A DNA stretch of 64,000 bases, taken from IMG/VR virus record IMGVR_UViG_3300020148_000032. One strand, 5' to 3'. A program made the position numbers and the translations under genes. Under the pieces are notes generated by a model that saw nothing but the letters and a program-made list of their open reading frames with translations, made no database searches and was not told the origin of the DNA. Shown one piece after another: positions 36,647 to 44,298 of this stretch (the stretch's first letter is position 1; every line of letters starts with the position of its first letter). The DNA is from a virus. Its lineage: Duplodnaviria > Caudoviricetes.

Positions 36647-38013
36647 TCAAAGGAGAAGAAATTATAAGGGAATTTCATCCAACTAAACTTTGATAATGCT
36701 GGGTGACGCATGAATGTAGAGCTTGATGTTTCAGTTTCAACATAAGAGCTATTAGCTTTGACGTTCTTGTAATTCATTTGACCATCAGTGAAACGAGTCC
36801 TTAATTTTAAGAAAGAAACGGACTTTGAGTCTTTGTTATGGATAGGAATAATGAGCCCATCAGTTCTTTTAGAAACAAAGATCGGCTTTAAAGCAATTCT
36901 CTCATCGTTGACAAACTCTTCAATAGTTGGGATTCTACCTTTTGTAATTTCATTTTTAGAATGATTGACATAATACGCTGGAGTATTTCTTAACCCCATA
37001 AGCCTTGCAATGAATTCTCTTTTTTGAATACTATCGGAGGCTTCAAATTTTTCTTTCCAAATTGAATTAACCGCCACTTGACGTTTCTTTGAAAGTTGTA
37101 TGTATTCTGGGTCATTCCCAATTTCTGCCCAATTCTTTGTAATATATTTTGAAAGAGTCTTTTGAGCAAAAGGAGTAGCTTTCCAAGTGTGAATATTTTT
37201 AAGATCAACAAGTGGGATATCGTAAGAAGTTCCAGAGAATTGATAAGTTGCTATAGTGTTAAGATCATTAACTTTTAACTTTCCAGAAGCAATGTCAGAT
37301 TCTATTCTTGAGCGATAATATGCAAGTATTTCATTATCAATCGACTCGACTCTCTCGTCATTATAAAGATTAAAATTTTCAAGGCCTAGAGCTTCACCGA
37401 CTTTTGCGACTGAACCATTGTGTAATATGTTTGATTCCGACTTGATACTTACTGGGTAATCTTTTCCATTAACAGTAATTCCAATGTCACCTACTGTACC
37501 GTCAGTTCCATGCGTACTCTCTTTTGCCATCCACCTAAGATTCTCGATAATTTCTTTATCATTGAGGCCTTCGTGTTTGAAAATTGAATATGACACTTGA
37601 GCAATTTGAACAGCTGATTGTATCTTCTCGTCCTCTTTCTTATCATTAGAGAGTTTTGCTGCAAGAACTAACAATTCTTCATAATTTTTAGTGCTTTTAG
37701 GTAAAGAGGTAATAATATGAATAAGATCGTCTTTAGTCTTCACTTGATTAATGTCTTTACCTCTTGCAAGAGCAATAACAAGAGCCTGTGAACCTGCTTC
37801 AGTAATCTCAGTATTGCGGGCGGTGCTCCCGCCGAATGAATGAGTATTTGAAAGAACGCGCACTTTTTCTTGGGATTCTACGTTTGATTCATACGCATCT
37901 CTGGCTTCTTCTTTAGTTGAATAATGTTCAAATTTATCTCCGAAAGGGCACGCTTTTTTAGCATGACAAACACCTGGGTTGCCAGTTTTTGGATTAATGT
38001 GATATGCAGACAT
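36643..38013 (-). CDS. HCCH-leader protein 2: PD-(D/E)xK-like nuclease cargo (HaeIII-like)
   Basis: Leader YHINPKTGNPGVCHAKKACPFG..EHYSTKEEARDAYE; GTVGDIGI...YPVSIKSESNILHN resembles the GDxxDI...GxSxK signature. Confidence 0.55.
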   Translation of the reverse strand: MSAYHINPKTGNPGVCHAKKACPFGDKFEHYSTKEEARDAYESNVESQEKVRVLSNTHSFGGSTARNTEITEAGSQALVIALARGKDINQVKTKDDLIHIITSLPKSTKNYEELLVLAAKLSNDKKEDEKIQSAVQIAQVSYSIFKHEGLNDKEIIENLRWMAKESTHGTDGTVGDIGITVNGKDYPVSIKSESNILHNGSVAKVGEALGLENFNLYNDERVESIDNEILAYYRSRIESDIASGKLKVNDLNTIATYQFSGTSYDIPLVDLKNIHTWKATPFAQKTLSKYITKNWAEIGNDPEYIQLSKKRQVAVNSIWKEKFEASDSIQKREFIARLMGLRNTPAYYVNHSKNEITKGRIPTIEEFVNDERIALKPIFVSKRTDGLIIPIHNKDSKSVSFLKLRTRFTDGQMNYKNVKANSSYVETETSSSTFMRHPALSKFSWMKFPYNFFSFD

Positions 38014-38113
38014 GAATACTCCTTAAATCTATATCTTTTCTAAAAAGAAGAGGAGTTAGATTTATTAAAAATTTTTTAAAATGATATAATATAGGTTCAT
38101 CAGGAGGTTTATA

Positions 38114-38899
38114 ATGGTGACTTATCTTACTGACATTTCTCATTCTGAGAAGGTTAGCGGAATGAAAGATGGAACTATAGGTTCTTTTCATTCTTGGGAA
38201 TTGGTAACAAGTGTTGACGGTCCTGGGACAAGACTGACTCTTTTTGTTAATGGCTGTCCACTTCGTTGTCTTTATTGCCATAATCCTGACACAATGAAAA
38301 TGAAAGATGGAAATCTTGTATCAGTAGAAGAAATTGGAAAACTTTTAAGAAGATATTCTCCGACTCTTAAGGCCACTAACGGAGGATTAACTCTTTCCGG
38401 TGGGGAAATTCTTATGCAGGCAAAATTTGCATTTAATCTCTTGAAAGAGGCAAAGAAACTTCATCTTCATACAGCTTTAGACACAAGCGGTTTCTTAGGA
38501 TTATATTGTACGCAAGACATGCTTGATCTTACTGATCTTGTCCTTCTAGATATAAAATCAGGTAATGAAGAAACATATAAAAAAGTCACTGGCAGGTCTT
38601 TACAACCAACAATAGATTTCGGAGAACGACTCGTAAAGAATAATAAGAAAATGTGGATCCGATTTGTTCTTGTCCCAGGGCTTACTGATGATGAACAGAA
38701 CATAAGAGATGTAGCAGATCTTATTAAAAATTGGAATACTGTTGAAAGAGTAGAAGTTCTCCCTTTCCATCAAATGGGTAAAGAAAAATGGCATGAACTT
38801 TCCATGCCGTATCTCTTAGAGGAAACTCTACCGCCAACATCAGAGGTGGTAGAGTTTGCCAAAAATATTTTTAAAGAATACGGTTTACCTGTTAAATAA
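38114..38899 (+). CDS. pflA: Pyruvate formate-lyase activating enzyme (glycyl-radical activase, radical SAM)
   Basis: HSWELVTSVDGPGTR, GCPLRCLYCHNPDT, GLTLSGGE, LDTSG, LLDIK, RFVLVPG, LPFHQMG. Confidence 0.92.
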   Translation: MVTYLTDISHSEKVSGMKDGTIGSFHSWELVTSVDGPGTRLTLFVNGCPLRCLYCHNPDTMKMKDGNLVSVEEIGKLLRRYSPTLKATNGGLTLSGGEILMQAKFAFNLLKEAKKLHLHTALDTSGFLGLYCTQDMLDLTDLVLLDIKSGNEETYKKVTGRSLQPTIDFGERLVKNNKKMWIRFVLVPGLTDDEQNIRDVADLIKNWNTVERVEVLPFHQMGKEKWHELSMPYLLEETLPPTSEVVEFAKNIFKEYGLPVK

Positions 38900-38901
38900 T
38901 A

Positions 38902-39738
38902 TTAGTATTTAACATTAAACTTTTCTTCAAGTTCTTTCCAACTTTTCTCAGGAATGTTAACTTCTGCATAATGACCACCCCAAGGGTAATCAGTATTCTT
39001 TAGAACATACTTCATCATTTCATAATAATTCTCTTTGAACGTTTTGCGTGTTTCAAAATCGTTTCTGAGAGTAATAAACTTTGGATCGGCTTTTATTTGT
39101 TCATCAGTTTTACGTTCTTTCTTTAATTTTCGAGTATAATCTCTTAATTCTTCCTCTGCTTTATATGCTTGAGTAAGAGCAATATCTCTAGAGTCTTTAA
39201 ATTCTACATTAACGTAGAAGTTTCTATCAAAATAATCAAATTGTGATTCACTTCTATCATAATTGAAAGAGTTAGCGATAAGTGTCACTTTATCTCTAAT
39301 TACTGAAACTTCTGAGTTAATATTTACAGCAGAGCCACTTAAGTCTTTAGTTTCGTCAGGGTGTGCATTAGATTCAATAATAATACTAATAGCTTGGTGA
39401 CTAGTCTTTCGGACTTTAAAACGGAGACCTTTAGGTAAATAATTCCCTTGTACGGCTTTCTTTAATTCTTCACGAATTGAAGCGGCGATTTGGGTAGTCG
39501 AAAGTTTTTGATCATAATTTGATCCTCGCCAACCATTTCCATATGGAGCTTCAATAGTTTCTCCGTCACCAACAGTATATGTTACTTCATTAAAAGAGTC
39601 AGACTTTGCTTCATATGCTGCTCGTGCTTCTGATTTTGATTCGTAATGCTCTTCAGAAGAGCCAAAAGGGCACCTGCCCTTCTCAGCATGACAGATGCCT
39701 GGATTGCCAGTCTTAGGATTAATGTGATAAGTAGACAT
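38902..39738 (-). CDS. HCCH-leader protein 3: LPD29-like cargo (start re-placed to MSTYH)
   Basis: AAGGAG SD before ATG 39738; IAASIREELK...RFKVR...NYDRSESQFDYFDRNFY. Confidence 0.65.
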   Translation of the reverse strand: MSTYHINPKTGNPGICHAEKGRCPFGSSEEHYESKSEARAAYEAKSDSFNEVTYTVGDGETIEAPYGNGWRGSNYDQKLSTTQIAASIREELKKAVQGNYLPKGLRFKVRKTSHQAISIIIESNAHPDETKDLSGSAVNINSEVSVIRDKVTLIANSFNYDRSESQFDYFDRNFYVNVEFKDSRDIALTQAYKAEEELRDYTRKLKKERKTDEQIKADPKFITLRNDFETRKTFKENYYEMMKYVLKNTDYPWGGHYAEVNIPEKSWKELEEKFNVKY

Positions 39739-39760
39739 GAAAAACTCCTTCAATATAAAG

Positions 39761-39837
39761 TTTTTCTAAATAGTTCTTTACTTATTTTCTTCTAATTCTA
39801 GAATAATTTTATTTCCCACAGAATAAGAACCCTTGAT
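39761..39837. repeat. 77-bp direct repeat, copy 1
   Basis: tttttctaaatagttc...gaacccttgat, identical to 41507-41583. Confidence 0.95.
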
Positions 39838-39949
39838 ATGCTTCTTCTAAAGTAGAATAGTGTTCTTCAAGAGATCCAAAAGGGCAGCGACCATGAGTTG
39901 CACGACAAAGGTCGGCATTTCCACTTTTTGGATTGATATGATATGTCAT
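39809..39949 (-). pseudogene. HCCH-leader protein 4: leader only, truncated by the direct repeat
   Basis: MTYHINPKSGNADLCRATHGRCPFGSLEEHYSTLEEAY then QGFLFCGK* supplied by the repeat; AAGGTGG SD. Confidence 0.7.
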
Positions 39950-40110
39950 AACGGCCACCTTTATCCATAAGTTTTCTAAAAGGCTTTTAAATAAAGTTTG
40001 CTTTTTATTCTCATTCATATTAAAATAAATTCAAAAACAAAGAGATTTAATGCATCATCTACATGCTAAAAATAGGTGCTCGAGCACGCGAAAGTTTAGA
40101 AAGATATTGT

Positions 40111-40497
40111 ATGAAGTATCATATTAATTCTCGTGGTGATGTAAAACCATGTAGCGCGGCTAAAGGTAAATGTCCCTTTGGTGGACAAGAGAATCATTAT
40201 CTTAATAAGGCTTTAGCTCTTAAAGCTGTTGAAGACAAGTATGAAGCTTTTTCAATAGTTCCAGATACTCAATCTTCTGTGATATCATACATTTATACCC
40301 AATATTGCATTGAGAATAAACGTCTTCATAATTCTATCAATATTGGAGACCCTGCAGAGTTATTTTATTATTCATCTGCTCAAGGTAGACTAGAATTAGA
40401 AAGAAGATTATCTTATCGTAAAGATGATAAGAGATATCATTTCCATTTCAGATTTATAAAGAAGATCCAAGTTTTGGAGACATTGTTTTTGAAGTGA
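40111..40497 (+). CDS. HCCH-leader protein 5 (start re-placed to MKYH), unknown cargo
   Basis: MKYHINSRGDVKPCSAAKGKCPFGGQENHY. Confidence 0.75.
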   Translation: MKYHINSRGDVKPCSAAKGKCPFGGQENHYLNKALALKAVEDKYEAFSIVPDTQSSVISYIYTQYCIENKRLHNSINIGDPAELFYYSSAQGRLELERRLSYRKDDKRYHFHFRFIKKIQVLETLFLK

Positions 40498-40688
40498 GAA
40501 TTATGATTCTTGATGATATGTGGAATTATGTTCTCTTTGATGAAGAAATAGGGTTTGATGTAATTCAAAAAATAGAAGATCTTGCTCATCTTGCTACTGT
40601 TAACAAACTTAACAGAAGTTTTGATGATTACTTTTATTCTCATAATCTTGAAAGAGCTTTTATAGAAAAGATCAAGAATTTTATTTAA
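40494..40688 (+). CDS. Small hypothetical protein (possibly a split C-terminus of the previous gene)
   Basis: GTGA overlap with the upstream ORF. Confidence 0.45.
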   Translation: MRIMILDDMWNYVLFDEEIGFDVIQKIEDLAHLATVNKLNRSFDDYFYSHNLERAFIEKIKNFI

Positions 40689-40725
40689 TTCTTTTTAGAA
40701 AAGACTTTATACAGAGGAGTTTTTT

Positions 40726-41490
40726 ATGTCTAAATACCATGTTAATCCAGAAACAGGTAATCCTGGAGTATGTAAAGCAACTACTGGAAATTGTCCATTC
40801 GGTAGTGATGATCTTCATTTTAATACTAAATGGGAAGCCAGAATTTCCTATGAGCAATCACAGAGAGATGAAATTCTCAAAAAAATTTATGTATCAGATG
40901 AAGATAAAGTAAGTCTTTTGACAAGAACTCATTCTGATTATAAGAAAGAGCTCAATGATATGAGGGAAAGTGGAATTCTACCTAAAAATGTAAAGATAAG
41001 ATCTTATATTGTGTCATGGACACACGATGTTTATACTAGAATCAGTGTTCCAAAAGAAAACTTTTCTGATTTTTATGAATTCCCCTCTGTATATAAAATC
41101 TCTCAAAAATATAATGAGATAAACGATTCTCTTAAAGATTTAGATCAAAAGTATCATGAAAAGTTTAGTTCTGTAAGTATTGGAAAGACTTTTGTTTATT
41201 CTTATTTTACAAGCCCTCTAGAAGATATTGAAAATGGAGAATATAGAGAAAGAACAAAGCTTAACAGAGAAATACAAAAACTTAAAGATTCTGGGCTTGA
41301 TGATTTTTCTATTAATAATCTGGACAAAATCAAAGAACTTAAAGCTAGTTATTCAAAGAAAAATTTAACTCTCTTAAAAGTCAAGAAAATGCAAGAATAT
41401 ATGTGGAAAAATAAAGATAAGGTACTCCCTGAAAAGAATTGGGAAGAATTACTTACACGTTTTGATCTTAAAGATGATCTTATGAAGTAA
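40726..41490 (+). CDS. HCCH-leader protein 6, diverged paralogue of protein 3
   Basis: YHVNPETGNPGVCKATTGNCPFG..LHF; LPKNVKIR vs LPKGLRFKVR; LPEKNWEEL vs IPEKSWKEL. Confidence 0.8.
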   Translation: MSKYHVNPETGNPGVCKATTGNCPFGSDDLHFNTKWEARISYEQSQRDEILKKIYVSDEDKVSLLTRTHSDYKKELNDMRESGILPKNVKIRSYIVSWTHDVYTRISVPKENFSDFYEFPSVYKISQKYNEINDSLKDLDQKYHEKFSSVSIGKTFVYSYFTSPLEDIENGEYRERTKLNREIQKLKDSGLDDFSINNLDKIKELKASYSKKNLTLLKVKKMQEYMWKNKDKVLPEKNWEELLTRFDLKDDLMK

Positions 41491-41506
41491 TTCTTTTTAG
41501 AAAAGT

Positions 41507-41583
41507 TTTTTCTAAATAGTTCTTTACTTATTTTCTTCTAATTCTAGAATAATTTTATTTCCCACAGAATAAGAACCCTTGAT
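41507..41583. repeat. 77-bp direct repeat, copy 2
   Basis: Identical to 39761-39837. Confidence 0.95.
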
Positions 41584-41851
41584 CTGTAGAATAATAGTAC
41601 AATTCTATTGGAGAACCAACTAATGTACCATTATGCATAATATTGTTTATATATACAATATTGTGAGTATTTTAAAGAAACTTCAGACGATTCTATATCA
41701 GGGTCTCTCGTGAAAGTATCATGAGTTAACTCAAAAACTTTTCAGAATCTCTCTTGTTTTCAAAATGAAATTCTGAACCTCCAAAAGGGCAAGGTTTCTT
41801 TACTGCTTGACATTTACCTATTTGTTGAGTCTCTTCATTAAAGTGATACAT
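41555..41851 (-). pseudogene. HCCH-leader protein 7: frameshifted paralogue of protein 5 (absent from the ORF track)
   Basis: MYHFNEETQQIGKCQAVKKPCPFGGSEFHFENK...stop at 41726. Other frames continue HDTFTRDPDIESSEVSLKYSQYCI and NNIMHNGTLVGSPIELYYYSTDQG, which align with protein 5. Confidence 0.8.
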
Positions 41852-41853
41852 TC

Positions 41854-42741
41854 TTACTCCTCAATATGAGAAATCAACGCATCATATTCAGACCAGAAAA
41901 CAAATTTGGCAGTCCTCTCTCCGTTAAAATACGCCTCAATATTAATTTTTCCTTGGTCAATATCATCAATAAATGTGTGCAGATTGTGACTAACCATAGT
42001 TAAATCTGTATATCGCACTTTTGTTTGTCCGCGATCTTCTTTAATGTCATAATGAGCAATAGCGATATGCTCGTATTTCTCTTTTATTCTATTATTTATT
42101 TGATCAAAAGTCCAATAAAAATCTTGAGTGTTAGTGAGATTGCTCCCGTCTTTATCAGCTACAATCATTCGTAATTTCTGGTGTTTATAGTCAACAAATA
42201 AAGCAAACCGATGATTTCCAATAGTTTGCCAACTTTGTGTACTCATTGATTTTCTTACATAACCTTTACCAATAAGAGCTTTGAATTTATTTTTATTTAT
42301 AAGTGAGAGTGAACCCAGAGTAACATTATTTCCTCTTCCCGATGATCTATGTGTTTTTAATTCCACTTGACCGAGGTCCGCTGAAGCTTTAGAATCTTTC
42401 TTTAAACCAAAGAGTTCTTCAAGTTTTAATCCAGGGGTTCCTTTATTTTCATCATAACCTTTAAGGGTAAAGAATTTTCCTTTAATGTCTTTTTCGAATT
42501 TGTCTTTTACCTGTTGTGGAGTACTTGCAAGGGAGTTATCTTTTGCGTTGTAAGAAGAATCACTTTTCCCTTCTTTCTTTACGAAAGTTTTTATTTCGGA
42601 AGTTTTATATTGGTTTTCTATATGTTGGTAGGCTGCCGACATAGAATCGAAATGAGATTCGGCGTTTCCATATGGACATGTCTTTTTAACTGCATGACAC
42701 GCGCTAGGAACAAGTGTTTCAGGATTAATGTGATATAGCAT
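41854..42741 (-). CDS. HCCH-leader protein 8: MvaI/BcnI-like restriction endonuclease cargo
   Basis: YHINPETLVPSACHAVKKTCPYG..SHF; GTPGLKLEELFGL...ADLGQVELKTHR...VTL. Confidence 0.7.
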   Translation of the reverse strand: MLYHINPETLVPSACHAVKKTCPYGNAESHFDSMSAAYQHIENQYKTSEIKTFVKKEGKSDSSYNAKDNSLASTPQQVKDKFEKDIKGKFFTLKGYDENKGTPGLKLEELFGLKKDSKASADLGQVELKTHRSSGRGNNVTLGSLSLINKNKFKALIGKGYVRKSMSTQSWQTIGNHRFALFVDYKHQKLRMIVADKDGSNLTNTQDFYWTFDQINNRIKEKYEHIAIAHYDIKEDRGQTKVRYTDLTMVSHNLHTFIDDIDQGKINIEAYFNGERTAKFVFWSEYDALISHIEE

Positions 42742-42782
42742 TCAAACCTCTCTTTACTAAATCTTTTCTAAAAAGCGAGGTT

Positions 42783-43274
42783 TTATTTATTATAGAAGTC
42801 AATGATTTCAAATGCCTTGTCAGTAAAAATTCGTTGTATTTCGTGATTATGGCAACATTCAACTCCATAAAGGGATAATTTTTCTTCTAATCTTTGAGCG
42901 AGAAATAATTCGTGTTCTTTTTTAGGGATAGTAAATAATTCATATTCATCATCCCAAGCACTCTTAATATAATCCCATGTTCCATCATCATGAATGATAA
43001 CTCTCACTTCTAGGAGGGGCTCTTTAAATCTGTATAAAAGAGGTACAGTAATGATTTTATTAAATAATTGTTTTTCTTCTTTAGAAGAAAAACGATATGG
43101 AGTTTCTATGAAATTCTTTTTAAGAAGAAGAATAACACTTTCCGAAAGCCTATCAAATTCTTTTTCTATTTCTATCATTTTTTGTAAAGCTTGAGTTTTA
43201 TGTAATTCTTTAGAGTGAATAACGTTCTTAGGTCCGTATTTCTCTTTAATATAAAGATCAGTGCGTGTTGACAT
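42783..43274 (-). CDS. Hypothetical protein
   Basis: 163-aa ORF. Confidence 0.6.
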   Translation of the reverse strand: MSTRTDLYIKEKYGPKNVIHSKELHKTQALQKMIEIEKEFDRLSESVILLLKKNFIETPYRFSSKEEKQLFNKIITVPLLYRFKEPLLEVRVIIHDDGTWDYIKSAWDDEYELFTIPKKEHELFLAQRLEEKLSLYGVECCHNHEIQRIFTDKAFEIIDFYNK

Positions 43275-43361
43275 TTTAGCCTTTTCTCAAACAATAAAAA
43301 ATGTATGAGAAAAATATCAGAATGTGAAAATAGTCACATTCTCGTCAATTGATATTCTCGT

Positions 43362-43829
43362 TTGGTAATACTGAATGAAAGGGTCATTGTGAGAATTGAA
43401 TTAACGAGAGAAACTCTCATTATGATCTTTAATAATAATTACAATCACACTGTTTTATTCTTTCCAGAGAGTTACCCTGGTGGACCGTATGACCCGCGTT
43501 ACTCAATAGTGAGTGGATATAAAGAAGTCCACCCTTTACTAGAATTCAAGCGCATTTACATTTTTATTGAAACCCTTTTCTTCAAAAGGTTAGCTTTTGA
43601 CTCTTATCAAGATAGCGGGGGAGATCTTAATCATGTTGAGGATTTTGACATTGAATCTCCATTCGATTTTAAAACAGGCGAACTGCTTACTAAACCAGGT
43701 TTATATCCAGATTTTTCTACACCAAAAACGCTCGAAACAGACATTATTAGATATTACGATCTTGATGATAAAATTCTATTTCAATGGCATCAAGAGTTTA
43801 ATGACTTTGCGAAAAGAATTAGAACTTAA
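43362..43829 (+). CDS. Hypothetical protein
   Basis: 155-aa ORF; start may be GTG 43389 after AAAGGG. Confidence 0.6.
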   Translation: MVILNERVIVRIELTRETLIMIFNNNYNHTVLFFPESYPGGPYDPRYSIVSGYKEVHPLLEFKRIYIFIETLFFKRLAFDSYQDSGGDLNHVEDFDIESPFDFKTGELLTKPGLYPDFSTPKTLETDIIRYYDLDDKILFQWHQEFNDFAKRIRT

Positions 43830-44194
43830 TAAAGATTCTTTTTACTACTAGTAGAGAAAATTTCACCTAAAGTGTAAGCATGATTAAGAATTTCGTCTCT
43901 TAATTTTTCTTTAAAACCATTAGATAGAGCACATTCAATAAATAACTCTTCATCAGAAAAAGAGTAACTCATATCCTCATTAATTCTCATGTAAATTTTT
44001 TCACTAGAATTATCAGCATTAAAAGAAACAATATGGTATTTCTTATCAAATGAAGAGTATGAAAGAGAGTATTGAGAAAGTATCAAAAAATACTCATTAA
44101 GATAACCTTCGAGCTCTTCTTGCAAATTCTTTTCTTCGAAAGAATTTAAAATTCTAGAATAAGACTCTTTTAATGTCACCATATAAACCTCCAC
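43826..44194 (-). CDS. Hypothetical protein
   Basis: 122-aa ORF; GGAGG lies before an internal ATG. Confidence 0.6.
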   Translation of the reverse strand: MEVYMVTLKESYSRILNSFEEKNLQEELEGYLNEYFLILSQYSLSYSSFDKKYHIVSFNADNSSEKIYMRINEDMSYSFSDEELFIECALSNGFKEKLRDEILNHAYTLGEIFSTSSKKNLY

Positions 44195-44298
44195 TCACCT
44201 TTGACCATTGTAACTTTTCTTTTTAAAAGTCTGTAAAAATACAAGTCCGTCTTATTGCTTATTGGTAAAATATCTTTTGATAGGAAAGGAGGTTTTTC

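Noticed and set aside
39950-40110. N-terminal extensions of track ORFs 39809-40018 and 40063-40497
   Set aside because: Leader alignment and upstream signals indicate starts at 39949 and 40111
39761-41583. IS element or prophage bounded by att-like repeats
   Set aside because: No transposase or integrase between or near the repeats; kept only as a rearrangement scar
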